Below the pieces are notes generated by a model. The model was not told the DNA's origin. It worked only from the letters and a program-made list of their open reading frames with translations, and searched no databases. From the human T2T-CHM13v2.0 reference genome, Homo sapiens, in NCBI RefSeq assembly GCF_009914755.1, contig NC_060939.1: a stretch of 64,000 bases of DNA, one strand, 5' to 3'. The translations under genes and the position numbers were made by a program. Within the stretch, counting starts at the first letter, position 1, and each line of letters begins with the position of its first letter. Positions 15,082 to 30,469 of the stretch are shown here, in pieces.

Positions 15082-15944
15082 CATGCTATTATGGTTAGTA
15101 CTGTTACACAAAACCTCAAATTAGGGAGGATGAGTGAAGATTCGGTAATATATTCCTGGAAGGAACCACTGATCTATCAGCTGTGGCTTATCTACTTTCA
15201 CCTTCAAGGAAATGAATCTAGGCCAGGGATTTAGCACATATGTGAGCCAGTTATTAAATAAACATTGTTTCACTATTATACTTTTAATTGGAACTTACCC
15301 TTAAAGATGATTGGCTTTAGTCATGGGGCAGGAAGAGGGAGTGTAAATAAGTGGCTCATGGTCAACTGCCCTGACTAGTAACAGAATTCAAAAGTACTGT
15401 CTTAGTGGTTCCTACCAAGATATGCAGTACTATTTTAATCATGAACTGTGTATTATTACGGCCATGGGTCAGATTCTAAAAGTCAGCAGCAGCCAGTCTT
15501 GTTGCCATGACTCTTAACAGTCCACACAACACTGGCTATCAAGATAGGATACCAGTGACAAACTAAAAATATATGGTATATCTTGCAGATTTTAATCTAT
15601 TGGTGCCTGGAGTAATGTATGCAACTTTATTTATAGAAACTTAAGATGAACCGAAGAGGCTAGCAAAGATTAACTGATTTAACAAATGTGTCTTGAACAT
15701 TTTTTATGGCAAAGGACTGCCTTTGGACCCAGGCCAAACTATTTCAGATAAGAATATAGCTACACTAACGGTTAAGTGAACTGATAAGGAAATGTAATCA
15801 TGATTGCTTTGCTTTTTATCATTTGGGAAGTGTGTCACAAATTACATACAACTTACAAGGGGATTTTGGAAGCCACCTTTCATAAGTTTGGAGCTTTCAT
15901 GATGCAGCAAGAGATATGAGACTTTCCCCCTAAATGATAACATA

Positions 15945-16660
15945 TTTCTATTCTAGAGAACAGTTTGGCAATATCTAGTAAATTTGAACACAAGCATACC
16001 TTGCAAACCAGTAATTTCACATTTAGATAATTGACCCCAAGAGAAAATTTCATATAAATTCGTACAAGGAGACATATTCCTAAAATGTTTATAACAACCT
16101 TATTTGTAATAGGGAGAAATTGGAGGCAAGCTGAATGTCAATAGGGAATTGGATAAATTGTGGTATGTTTATAAATAGAGTATTCTATAGGAGTGACATG
16201 TATATACCAGTGCTACACGTTGTCAGCATACATCAGTCTTATATATTGAATGTTAACTGAATAAAGAAAAAGAGATACTATTTAGAAACATAAAAAGTGA
16301 TGCTATATATCATTTAGATAATAATATGTAATGAAAGTATTAAGTAATGTGTGAAAATGATAAAAAACAAATTTAGGATAGTGTTTGCTTCTAATGGGAA
16401 TTATAATTACATAGGGGTTTAAACTATACTGGTAATGTTCTATTTGTTGAGTTGTGGGCACATGACTTTTTATTATGTACATTTTAATATGTCTGGACTA
16501 GTTTAGAAACATTTAAAAATTGAAAGAAAATGTGTCTTGTTGATGTTTGCATTTCAGTGGAGATAAAAAGAGATTTTTTTCCTGCTTACTTGATGCGATT
16601 TTTGTACATTCTCTCGTTTCTACAATGGGTATATGTTATTTTAATCATGTTAAAGGAAAA
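15945..16660 (+). mobile_element. L1ME-type 3' fragment
   Basis: aacagtttggcaatatctagtaaatttgaa, tggataaattgtggtatg, tttaggatagtgtttgcttct. Confidence 0.7.
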
Positions 16661-16799
16661 TCTGAGAAATAATATATCTTTTAGAAAAATAAACGACTGT
16701 TTTAGGAATTTTTGGAAAATATAGGCAAATGAAAAAAATACTAACACTTTTTATAATTAATTTTCTAGTCTTCTTTCTATAAACTTTATTTATTTGTTT

Positions 16800-17097
<298 letters not shown>

Positions 17098-17689
17098 CTA
17101 TAAATTTTATAGAAGTTAAGCATTATTGTATATTCTTTTTTCCTCCTATTTTTCCGGCCTGTTGTTATAAAATAAACATTTAATATATGGGACTGGTATT
17201 TTAAAGTTACTTTAAAATATGTTATCCTCTGAATGTAAGAACATGGTTTTGCTCATTGGCTGATGTTCTCTTTTCTTGCAATTAGTTGTTGCTTCTTAAG
17301 CATGGGTTTTAATAAAATTATATTGTACCTTATGTTTGATTTATTTTAACTGATTTTACAAATATCAGGAAATAAAAATATATACGAGCAGTTATATGCT
17401 CAGTGATAATACTGTTGATTTATAGTAGTAGAAGATAAAAGCTTTAAATTATGTAAAATGTGAGATTTTCTTGGGAGGGGGACAGTAACATTTTAACTGT
17501 TAATTTTACTGGTTGTATATAGTATGTGATAGGCAGATTTATGAACACGACAGTGGAATTATGGTTTTACAATGTGAGCTCTTTAGGATTTGATGTAGTG
17601 CTAGTGAGTGCTAGTGGTACTACAAAAAGAAATAATAGGGCTAATACTGTTTTACAATGTACCGGGTCCTGTGACTTACAGGATAATAT

Positions 17690-17862
17690 AAACCAGTTCT
17701 TGCCAAACTTCATTTTGTTTATAAATCTCCTTTAAATCTTGTTAAGATGCAGATTCTGGATTCACTAGGCCTAAAACTCTGCCAGAGCTTCTGCATTTCA
17801 ACAAACTCCCAGAATTTGCCAATAAGTCAGTTTTAAGGACCACATTTTTAGTACTGAGGATG
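17690..17862. mobile_element. MER5-type hAT-Charlie MITE
   Basis: cttgttaagatgcagattct...ctgcatttcaacaaactcccag...aggaccacatttt. Confidence 0.65.
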
Positions 17863-19419
17863 TAGATTAGTGCTTCTCAAACTATCTGCAAAAGACTAGC
17901 TTTTAAAAGATACTATCTAGTATTTCACAAAAGAATACTTCTTGGAAATAAACTAAAGAATATATAGAAGGCAAAGGGAGAAAATTGTATATTAATTGTA
18001 TATTATAAATGTATATTAAATGTATATTAAATGTATATTATGAAATTGTACATTAATGTGAATGTAATCTTTCAATAAACCTTTTACAGGTATAAAGTTA
18101 GTACATTAATTTAGAATAAACTGTTTCCTAAAAAATATTTAGATATGTCACACTATATAGTACAGTTTTTAAGGACAGGTAATTTTATAAAAATACTTGC
18201 CCTTGTGCTAAGCAGCATCTCATGTATCCAGCATATTTTTTGAATATTCTATTTCTAAAAGTTTTTGATTCTCCTCTTCCTCCTAGGCCAGTTCAAGACT
18301 CGCTCTTCCTTCTTGGATTAGAGTAATTCTATAAAACTACTTAGCATTCATGAATAAAATGTTACCTGAAGAGATTATTCATCCTCTCAACAAAAACTTA
18401 AGCACTTCATTACACACAAAATTCTATGCTAGTCTCTTTTTGGATTATGAAGAGGAATAAAAAGTTCTTGCCCTGTAGAAATGTATGGACCTGGATGACA
18501 GAATCTATCTCCCTGTTAAGAAATTTTATTATATGTTAGTATTGACCTGTTAAAGGATATCAGAATCTTAAAATACTATTAAGTAGCTGTTTCCGATGTA
18601 GACCTGATTCATTAACTGGGGTAGTGTTTATTTTTCAGTCATTCATTACATTAACAGATTAGTCACCTACTACATGCCCGTTAGTGTGCTTGTCCCTTGT
18701 GAGAGATTAGTGAGTGGTAACTAGAGATATAATTCCCGCTCTCACATAACAGACTGTTGTGATCAAGTCAACCCACTTGACTTTTTCATAGTTGTGTTTA
18801 ACTGAGAGAGACAGTGACATTCAAGGATTTGTTTTAGAAAGTATAGCGTTATTTATCTAGACATTAATTTTGGCAATTTATGATGGGGTAAGTGAAGAAA
18901 TACAGTAAGAACACTTTTCTCTCTTTGAAACTGCATTTATTCTTACTTTTTTAACTTTCCATTTTATTAATATTTCACTTTGAAGCATAAACACTTATTT
19001 ATATCCAGGCCTCATCCAGAACTTTCTGATGGCTTATGGGTTTTGGCCGATTCTTCTGGCTTTTGCCCACTTAGAGGGTGTAAGATTTCGGTAATTGGTG
19101 GGAAATCTTGTAGCTCTTTGAATACCAGAAACCCGTGGATACTTGTTCAATCCGGTTAGATAAGCTAGTTTCTTACCACCTTTCTTTCTGATAGTTACCC
19201 TGAGGTCTATGGAGAAACTGATTGGACATTTATAATATCTAAAACTCAGCAGCATTTTAAAGATTTAGCAGCTAAAACCTCCTCCCCTCCCTTTGTCATT
19301 TGTTCAGCACCTGCTATGTATGTGGCAGGCATCATTCTGAGGATGTCATTGTTGGGGGAAAAAGAAAAAAAATAGGGTCCCTGTGCTCTCAGAATTTGTA
19401 AGACATAATCTCTAACTTG

Positions 19420-19432
19420 GATGATGATGATG

Positions 19433-19468
<36 letters not shown>

Positions 19469-19472
19469 TAAT
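19420..19472. repeat. (GAT)n(AAT)n trinucleotide microsatellite at the 3' tail of an antisense MIR
   Basis: Visible directly. Confidence 0.92.
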
Positions 19473-19725
19473 GACTAGTGTTTATTATGTGCTTACTATG
19501 TGCCAGGAACTTTTCCAAGTGCTACATATATTTACTTATTTAATCCTTTTGTAACAACCTGTGAAGTGAACGCATTCTTATTACCATCATCTACATTTTA
19601 CAGATAAGGAAACTGAGATAAGAAAGTTTAATATGCCCCATGCCACATAGCTTGTATGTACCAAAGATGGAATTACCTGCCAGTCTGGCTCCAAAAATTT
19701 CATGTTTATCCACTACACTATGCTG
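19473..19725 (-). mobile_element. Near full-length MIR
   Basis: gcttactatgtgccagg...ttttacagataaggaaactgag...cagtctggctcca. Confidence 0.82.
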
Positions 19726-20209
19726 TGCAATTATAACACAAATTTAAATTATAAATTTAATTTAAATGGATAATTAAATAGGCAGTTTTAATAAGTAGGA
19801 GCCGTGCAATGATGGAGTGCTCACTGCTGTGGGAGCACAGAATAATCTCACGCAATTTGGTCTTGTTAGGGTCCAGGGAAAGCTTTCCTGAGAAAGTAAT
19901 CTTTATTCAAAGAGCCTCTTTCCCTCCCTTTAAAAAAAAAAAAAAAAAAAGGCCATTGAAAAGAATTGAAAAATTTTTTAATAGAATTTTAAAAACAGTG
20001 GTTTCTTTTTTTTAAACTGATTTTCATACAAAGAAATAACAACATAGGTTTGTAAAACTGTAAGTGTATTCTGAACTGGGAAAGATCCTCTGGTGATGAT
20101 ACTCTATAAATTGGATGAGATAAATTTTTTAAATGAGCCGTTTTAAAAATTAGCCAAAAGAAAAAATTCTTGTATTTTTGAGGTGAGAAACCAGATAAGA
20201 GTACTATTA

Positions 20210-20644
<435 letters not shown>

Positions 20645-21884
20645 TTATATATATATATATTTGATTATGTGCTGTTTAGTTTAAATATGGAAGCTGCTTT
20701 GATCACTTCAGGTCTGTTGTCATACTGTAGCAGGGGTTAACATTTCTAAGTTCCTGCATCAGGAAATGAACATAGAGAAAAGTATGAAATCTACTTTATA
20801 GACCACATTTTATAATATCAAAGCTTTTATGAAGTATTATGCATTCATAGATGGAATTATTTAAGATTTACCAACCAAATTTTAGACAGATTTTAAGTAT
20901 AGAAATTAATGGTTTTTGTAATCTTGCCATGCATCAACTGATTTTATCAATTATTAATATCTTGAGTGCTTTCCATTTTTATAAGATGGGAACAGTGATT
21001 GTTTAGGTTGTATTTGGAAATATTTTGGTGTTCAATAGCATATTGTGGCTAAAAGGCTGGTGTAATAGATAATTCTGATAGTATTGCTCTGTCCTTCATA
21101 ATGTATGTCATCTCATGTATTAAAAAATCTCGTTTATCTTAGTTGCTATTAACAGAATTCAAGATCTTAATTAGGAGTCCTGGGAGCCATGTTTGACCCC
21201 TTTTATTAGCATAGTAACTTTCTATCAATTTGAAATATGCAGCATGATCATTGTATATTTAATGATGTCACTGATTTACTTCCTTTATATTTTAAAATTG
21301 AAATAGCATTCATTTACTGGTCCCATTGGTTGATCCACTCGGGCTCCAACTTAACCATTGTTTGCTTGGTTTTTGTTCTTTTCTTGTCACTGCAACCACT
21401 CCCTTAGGCCATTTACCTTCAACCTATGTTCTCCAGCCTGTTGGAAGTTACTACATTATTTTGCTTTGTTCTCTGCTATTCTGTCAGCCCCGTGAGTGCT
21501 CTGGTTTATGACATTTTCCCCTTTTGCTCTATGAGCAGCCATGCTTGTTGCCTAACTCTATGTGGTATTTCAGAAGAAGTTTAAACTCCTAGTCAACTAA
21601 CCTATTTCTTTCATTGGGGCTATATTTGACAGCTAAGCTACCTTCTACTTTTAAAACTACATGGATGATTACATACATACATAAAAATATTTTGCTATTC
21701 TAATTGCTTTAGTTTTTTTTTTTTTCTTTAAACTGTGGGGTTTCTCCCTAATTTATTCTTATCTGGAAATTTCTGGTGTTTTAATATGGTTTCAGTGGGG
21801 GGTGCCTGGCTGTCACCTTTCTAGACCTTTTTACTCTGTGTTTATGAAAAAGATCTTTATTCCAAGTTGTGTAAGTTCTTGCTA

Positions 21885-22045
21885 CTAGTAGTGTAGTTGA
21901 TAAGCCAGCAGCATCAGCATCACCTATTTGTTAGAAATTCAGAATCTTAAGTCCTACCCCCAAGACCTTATGCATCTTAATCTGCATTTTAGCAAGATCT
22001 CTACTCGTTTGATAAGAACATTGAAGTCTACAAAGCATTGCTGTA
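21885..22045. mobile_element. MER5A-type MITE
   Basis: cagcagcatcagcatcacc...ttgttagaaattcagaatct...atctgcattttagcaagatc. Confidence 0.72.
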
Positions 22046-23122
22046 GGTATCGGTCAACTAGATGATACATTGACGTGCTAATAGTTGTACATTTCTACAA
22101 CTGATTTTAAACATATGACTTGTGATAATCGTATTTAAATATTTGTGAATTATTTCATAACTATTCATCTTGTTTCACCAAAAGTTATACTATGGGTGGG
22201 TATTACTACTACTGTGTGAAAGGAATGACAGGAATAATCCCAAACAGTAGCTACCCCCAGTCCTTGAAGTGAAGTTTTGGTGTACAGTTGTATGCGATGT
22301 AAAACTGTGACAAACATTTTGCAACTCTATTTGTCCCTTCTCCCAGCATCAGTTTGCACCTGTAGATGAAGAACTATTATTCCTTTCTTGTCTCTTGGAC
22401 AGTGGCTTTTAAACAAAGTTCCATTTGCTAAATTGAACCTCTAAGGTGTTGGGGAAAATATCTAATTTTCATCCTTAAATCAGAGAAATTGTGCCTTACT
22501 GATACTTGATATGTGGATTAATAGTATATGCATATAATCTCAGTAAATAGGTATTGAGGATTCATATCCAACTCTTGCTTGTATTTGAGGAAAAAAGTCT
22601 ATAGGCTCCTATTTTCTGGTGCACTGTGAAAATCCCAGTCATTAGCAGTGGGAACAGCAAAAAAGTTAGGTTAGCAGGGTAAAAGACACTACATGTAATC
22701 TAATCTATAAAGTTAATAAATTGTGTGTAGTCATTTAGCAACACCATAAATACATTTCAAACTTAGATATATTTGTATAGTGGTGCTTTAGGAAATAGTT
22801 TTTTTTTTTTTTTTAACTGTAGTGTTTTTACTTTTTGTTGTTCAAGAATGAAGAGAACTGGGAGAATACAAAATTGCTCTTTCATTTGCCTTTAGCATTC
22901 AAATGTGTAGCGTGAACAATGTAGCTGTTCCGCAAGCACATTTTAATTGGCATTTTTCTACAGTAGTATTGCTGTAGGATGACAAACAATATTTAAGTGA
23001 GTATTTTTATAGGTTTTGATGCCTTCCTTTGACTGTGTGCCTAAGAATGGCAGTGGGAAGGGTGGCAGAGAGAACACCCAGATGTACGTGAGATAGTGAT
23101 TTGTCCCTTAGTATTCATTTTA

Positions 23123-23459
<337 letters not shown>

Positions 23460-25000
23460 TGGTAAGCTCTGTGGAGTGACGTTAGCTAAGAGCCATACTA
23501 TTGTGTATATAGGGTCTACTAAATGTGGCTGTATCAGACAGGACTTATGGTTATAGTTACCAGAGAACACTTGTGGTCATAAGTTGTGAATGGCACCCAG
23601 ATTCTTCTTGAATATCTATCACATGTCTATCAGTAATTCTGAAGTATGTAAAAATGAAACAAAGATTTATTTGGGAGTTAGCACTCCAGAAGATTAGTGT
23701 TAAAACAGAACAGCAGAAGGAGTTGTGACATGCATCTATAAACAATTGTAATGATTTGACAGTTATTTAGCCCTCTATTCCTAGCCCTTTCATTGAACTG
23801 ACAGCATGCCTGCAAAGATAGTGAGGCCTGTTTCAGCCACATTAATGTCCTCTTAAATGGTAGCCTGCAGTCTGGGGAATGATAAATGTTCAGTGATTGA
23901 TGATTTTTTTAGTCCCCGGGGATTCTGGGTGGTTTCAGGTTTCTGTGAGCCAGGGTAGTTTTTTCTCTTACTTGGGCTTCGTATACGTTTTTCCGGTCTT
24001 TACCATGTTGGTTTTAGATTGGCAGAGATATATATGACCTGCAGTTTTAATTAATAGAGTTCAAAGCCTTGTTTAGAAACAATATGATTTTGGAGGTAAT
24101 GCTGTACTTAAAGGGTGCGTAAAAGTCTGAGAACCAGGACAGGTTTCATCACATAGTAATTTTGTAACACTTGTTTTTGTTTGTAAACTTTATCTTTTTT
24201 CCCCTTTGCTTTAAAAAAATATGTTTTAAACTATAAGGAGAAATGTAATAACAGCTACTGTGAAAAGTAACATTAGCTTTATTGTTTTTAATGGTGTTTG
24301 TAATTTCATTCTTAAGAATTTAAATCAGCTATGTTTAATAATTGTTTTACTTTTTACATGGCTCAGTTTCTGTAGGAGTATATATTGTTCTACTACAGTA
24401 GTATTAAAATGAGTATAAACAGACCTTTTTTGTTGAATATTTGCCATTTAGGAAAGGATTCATTTCTAGCATATTGATTGTGAATTAGTTTTAGTATTTT
24501 AAGTCACTTGTAATTGCCTAACGCTTTATTTTTAGGGTCTGGGGGCAGGGAGTGAATAGGAGGATAAAGATAAGCATTTCCCTAATTTATTACAACTGAG
24601 AAATATATTTTCTTAATTTATTTTAAAAAATCCATTGTACTTTCCCTTTGGATGTAAAGTAATCTTAGAGGTAATTTTAGTAATAGTTTACAGAATTCTT
24701 ATAGCTCCCCATCCCATCAGAAGAGCTGATGATACTTTGAAAACATTCGTGCTCATGGTTAGTGTTTATTTATAGAAACCCACTTTTCTTTACGATCAAT
24801 AAAGAAAATGTTTTTTGACTTAAAATCTTAAAAGGAATAAAAGAAGCACTTCTGCTGTTAGCTTTTCAAATAATGAACAAGAAACTTGGTCAGAAATGAC
24901 CATGTGTAAGTCTGTATATTAATTAGGTGAGTGTCATTATGCTCAATTAGCGGGACTGCCAAATAATCTCTTTAATACTCTGATCTTTTTCTCCCCCTAG

Positions 25001-25126
<126 letters not shown>

Positions 25127-27127
25127 TAGTCTTCTCAAAGCTTCTTTGGTCAGAGACATTTTTTATCCCTTTGTCCAGGAGGGACAGGTAAGTATCTAGA
25201 AGAAAGTTCTTGAGTTTCTAGGGGCATCTAGGGCTTTTCTTGTTCAGCACAGCTTGAGGATCAAATGTCCAGAAAATTTGGGGTCTACTCTTAAAGCATT
25301 ATTGTTTTGGTGTCAAAAAAAGAAGTGGCAGTGTTTTGATTGTCAGTTTTGGCAATGTCTTTGTGACCTCAAGCATTACATGTTTTCTGGGGCAGAGAAG
25401 TATTGTTTTAGGGGCATTTGTGATGTTACTATTTCTCTTAACAGTTGTATTATGTTGTAATTAAAAATGTGACATAGCAGTGATTTTAGGCAGACTTTAC
25501 TTGCATTGGACAATATTTCTCCTGGCACAATTTGATTAAAACATAGTATATTTAGATATTGCAGCATTGTTTTAAGCACTTGGCTTCATACTAGGACTTT
25601 TTTGAAGTTTTGGTTTGAAGAAGTGAAGTTGCACTTTCAAGAAGGGTATGCACTACCATCTAAACTTGATTTTTATGTTTAGGCAAAACCTTTGTGGTTA
25701 ATCATGCTCTGCAAAACACCCCTCCTTTCCTTTCTCCTTCTCTGTCTCAAATGAAAGTTTAAAGTTGTTCAGTCTAAAATTATAAACCCAAGCTTGTTTT
25801 TTTCAGTTTGAATACCATTTTTTTTTGTGTAAATATTTTACCCTTTTGCAAAACCTGATTGAAAATAATCTGTATGTTTTATGATTTTTTTTCTTGCTTA
25901 TGCTGGGGCTGAAAATATTACAAAAACTTTTATCTGTTTTACCAGTTATAACTGTTTTTACCAGTTATGGCATCATATAAATATGGAAAGTTTGTGTAAT
26001 TGACATTGATTTCATTACTTACTTTATTTCTTAAGGACATGACCTATATTGTGATCTTAGAATCGTCCTTTTAAGACACAGCCATACTAATCTGAGTAGA
26101 TTACCCAAATCCCAAATCCTGGTGGTCTGCAATTTATTTAAAATGATTTGCTTTGCACAGTCTTTGTTTCCCTTATTCTCTATAGTGTCGAGGAGACAGA
26201 ATCTGATAGTCTAGTGTGGATTTTGCCGAAGGCGGTTGACAGTTTGAAGCCAGAAGAACCATTAGAGTATGACAGAAGAGTGAAAAAACTGACACAAGCA
26301 ATAAAACTTGTGTTTAAAATCACAATTTGTTTCAGCGTAAATAAATGCACATAGAAAATCATGGTATTATATGTATTATCATTCCAGATAAAAAAATCAG
26401 AGTTAGGTTTACAATAAATTATTTGGCTAGGGAAAACTTTCTAATTTATTTTTTAAATTTTCAATTGAGCTTGCCATCAAAGTAAAATCGATATAACACT
26501 CCAAATTATTTCCTTTCGGAGTACAACTTTTCCCCAAGTAGGATTTAATTTATATTAAGTGTAGTAGGGCAAGTAAAAGTCCGTGTTTTTGTAATTTTGG
26601 ATTAAACTAAGCTTTCTTAATTGAGAATATAACTCTGAACTGTGAAAAATCAGAAATTGCTCTTTTTGTATTTATGTTCTTACCTTTATTCTTCACTCAT
26701 AGAGATGACTTTTAGGCCCAATGGAATTTCATCATTAGTACAGCTTTGTACCAAGGTGACGATTAAAATTTTGTACGGGACAAGTGTGGAAATTAAATGA
26801 ATCCTAAGAGGTATGCATGTCAGTCAGTTGCTCTGAGCAGATGTTGACTAACAATATATCTGTAATTCACTTTGAGGTAACATTTTCTCAGTTGGAGCAA
26901 TTACGAGCATGTGCTTGTTGGTTTCTTTAGTTTTCAGATAATTATTAGAATACGTTCAATAGTCATCCATACCCTATGTATAAAATCAACATCTAAAAAA
27001 AGTCTTGAAGTAAATAAATATTTGTAAGTAGATTGATCTCTTAATTCAAATGAAAAAAATCTGCATTCATGTGAACTACGTTGTTTAGGTACTACTTTGT
27101 ATCAGATGCAGATATACAAACCATACA

Positions 27128-27399
27128 TTTTCTTTTCTTATTTTTGAGACAGGGTCTCACTTTGTCACCCAAGCTAGAGTGCGGTCGCATGATGATGACT
27201 CACTACAGCCTTGAACTCCTGAGCTCAAGCTGTCCTCCTTCCTTAGCACAACACCAGCTAATTTTTTAATTTTTAGTTTTGTAGAGATGAGGTCTCACTA
27301 TGTTGACCAGACTGGTTTTGAGCTCCTGGCCTCAAGTGATCCTTCTGCCCCAGCCTCCCAAAATGTTGCAATTATAGGCATGAGCCACCATGTCTGGCC
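27128..27399 (-). mobile_element. AluJ with an internal deletion
   Basis: Antisense Alu; flanking accatac repeat. Confidence 0.82.
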
Positions 27400-29309
27400 C
27401 AGACCATACGTTTTATTTGTGAGTTTTAACTACCTAATGTAAAAATGTTTACTTATACATAAAAGAAGGAGACAGAACCCTGAAATGATTAAGTAGATAG
27501 GTTCAAAAGAAATTCACTGGTCATTGGCAATATCTGATATACTTCACTTCCTTACCTTTATTTTTAGTAAAAATGATCAAATGAGGTACCTTAGTGTAAA
27601 CAATCTGCACGACAATAGCTTGCTTTTGGAAATGAATGCCTCTTAAATCACAATGCAGTTCTATACAGCAACAGGCAATTCAACTTGATATGAGCTGAAG
27701 TAATTGAACTGACACCCAAACGTGGGTTTATAGCAATATATAGTTACAGTGGATAGACTGACTTTTCTGGCCGTTTGTTAATTTAAGGGAGTTTCTGGCT
27801 GAAAAACCTAAATTATTAAAGCTCTGCTGAGATGTGTATGGTAGTATTTGAAGCATTTGGAACTGTTGATAACCAATCATCGCAACAGGTAACAGTTGAG
27901 AGTGGTGCTGTGCATGATGAATGTTCAGAAACAGCTAAAACTAATAGGAAAGCAGTAACATTTCCTGTTGCTGTCAACATATAAAAACACCATTAAGTGG
28001 GGGAGGGATTGTACATCTAGGGAATGTTGTTATTTTGAGTATTATGTTCAGCCATAAGCACATTTGCCTGAAGAAACAGTGGATTATAAAGCACCACTGT
28101 CTTCTGTGATAGAGCTTTCAAATACTTTAATGATTTTGTACATTGCAAAAATGAGAAATTTTGTCTAACAAGGGTTGATAATGATTCAGTAATGAACAAT
28201 TTGCAACAGAAAGTGCGTTTATATATTCATGTATATATTTTGAAGTGTTTTATGCTGAATCAGTTAATGTTTCTTTTATGAATTGCAGAAATCTCCTGTG
28301 GATATGTCAATATGGGAAAGAGGGCTTTTCTTATGTTTCGAGTGAAATAAGTACATCTTTTTGGCACATCACTAGGTAATTAGCATCAAGCAGTTCTGTA
28401 CTCTGAAATATTAAAACTGTACGAAAAGCTTTGACCGTAGCAGTGAATCCCATGGTCATTCAAGGCTACTATCAATCACCAAGTAGCCTTGTCTGTCTCA
28501 AGCTTCTTCCAGCTCTGGTCCATTTCTCCACCCTTGATCCTCTCATTAATTTCAGTAATACTTGTTTTCCTTTACCTTTTGATAATTAGTCATATTTTTG
28601 ATGATGGGAGGATCAGTTTACTGGTTGAACTTAGAAACAAATTATTCTCACAGAATTGCCTGGCTTCCATCCCCAAGTGATTGTGTAATAAACTACTATT
28701 ATCTTTTTAATCCCTCCATGTTTATAAGCTTTACTTATTTTAGGATGTATGTATGTGTATATGTGATAAATGGGAGACTTAAGGTGTAAAATTATCTTCG
28801 GTTTTGCTTGTTTTTTGAGACCCTTAATTGTGTTCCTTTCTGAGACACTATTTTGCCTCTAGAGATGGTTTGTTAACAATTTTTCTTTTAAAGAGTGAAT
28901 GTAATATGTGGTGGTACAGGGGGAAATTGCAGGGCTGAGAGTTAGGAGGTGTGGATTTTAATCCAGATTCTGAAAATACCTTTACCTTTCTGATAGGGTA
29001 ATGCTGGGAATTCTCAGAGGTCTTGTACAGCTCTAGAATTTTACAATTCCATAATCTCATAAATTTAATAACTTTTATTCAACCCTGAAAAAGGCCACAA
29101 CTAGAATTATAACTGCTATTTTGCAAATGATTAAAACTAAGGCAGAGGACAATTAAGTGTTTCTTTCTGAGGTCACAAAGCCAGTAAATGTTAAAACTAA
29201 ATGTAGAACTCATATCTCCTGACTCTTAGTTGAATGCTGTTTCCATTAGGCCACACTGTTTAGGTGTTTAAGATACCTGTTGTTTCTTCATATCTCAGAT
29301 TTTTTACTA

Positions 29310-29600
29310 GCTCAGCATTTTCTTAAACCATGATTATGGAGACACTGATCTTGATGGATGACTGTGGAAAAACGGTTCCACAGTGAAATAACTTTGGACA
29401 CCATTGCGTATCAGTTGTTCCCTCTTAGAAATTCAGATTGTACTTTGGAATGTTAAAGACTCTGAAAAAAGAAAAAGCTGATTTAACTTTTTTAGCCTAC
29501 GACACCCCAAAATCACATTAGGCACAGAAGGCTTTTTGTAAAGAGCGTCATTAGCTTCTGAGAAACTAGTTTTCTGTAGGACACTGGGAAATGTTTCTGG
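29310..29600. mobile_element. Old hAT-Charlie-like MITE (family uncertain)
   Basis: Ends resemble Charlie TIRs: cagcattttcttaaac ... ctgggaaatgtttctg. Confidence 0.4.
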
Positions 29601-29676
29601 TTATTTAAAGGAAAAAAAAAAGATCATGAAAGTTCTCTGAAAAGTAAAATAGCATCATGTTAATAGAATTGCTATA

Positions 29677-30004
29677 CAGTCATCCCTTAGTATCTGTGAG
29701 GGATTGGGTCCCCTGATGCTCAAGTCCCTTATATATATATATAAAATGGTATAGTTTTTGCATATAACCCACACATATCCTCCTGTATACTTTAAATCAT
29801 CTATAACTTACATATAATACCTAACACAATGTAATTGCTGTGTAAATAGTTCTTATGTTGGATTGTTTAGGGCATAATGACAAGGAAAAAAATGTCTGTA
29901 TACATTCGGCACAGATGCAACCATCCATTTTTTTCCCCTAAATATTTTCAAATTGTGGTTGATTGATTTCACAGATGTGGAACCCACAGATAGAGGGCAG
30001 ACTG
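29677..30004. mobile_element. MER2 (TcMar-Tigger MITE)
   Basis: TA|cagtcatcccttagtatctgtg ... cacagatagagggcagactg|TA inverted ends with TA TSD; MER2-like interior. Confidence 0.85.
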
Positions 30005-30469
30005 TATATATTGTTGTAACTTATTTTAGGCATGTTAACTCATTTAACAGGTTGGGTCTAATTGCTCAAGTATATTACTGTCAAACCTCTGCTTATAAGC
30101 ATTTGACTTATAAGCAGACCAAGTGTCTTCCCATTGCTGCTGGAATCTCTTTGCTTAACTCCACTTTCTGTATCTCAGAACTTAAAGGGCACCTCTGGTA
30201 AAGCTTCTGTGTTTTATTTCCATTTCATTGTAGATTGCATAGGTTTCAGTGGATTTGTCTGGGAATTTAAGCCCAAGTACACTTTTTTTCTGTATATTTG
30301 GTACCTCAAATAACCAAATTTCAAAGAAAATTCTTCTGTAAACTTGATATTGCTTGCAATATAACCTATGAAAAATTCTGAAATCTCCTAGAGTTACAAA
30401 ATATGTAGAATCACCATTTTCAGACTATCAAAGGGTAATACAACCCTGCCCTCAAAAGTTAACTCTTTT

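Noticed and set aside
17985-18060. (AAATGTATATT)n-type AT-rich repeat and other short duplications (2478, 11197, 11695, 25935, 59927)
   Set aside because: Ordinary slippage duplications with no sign of function
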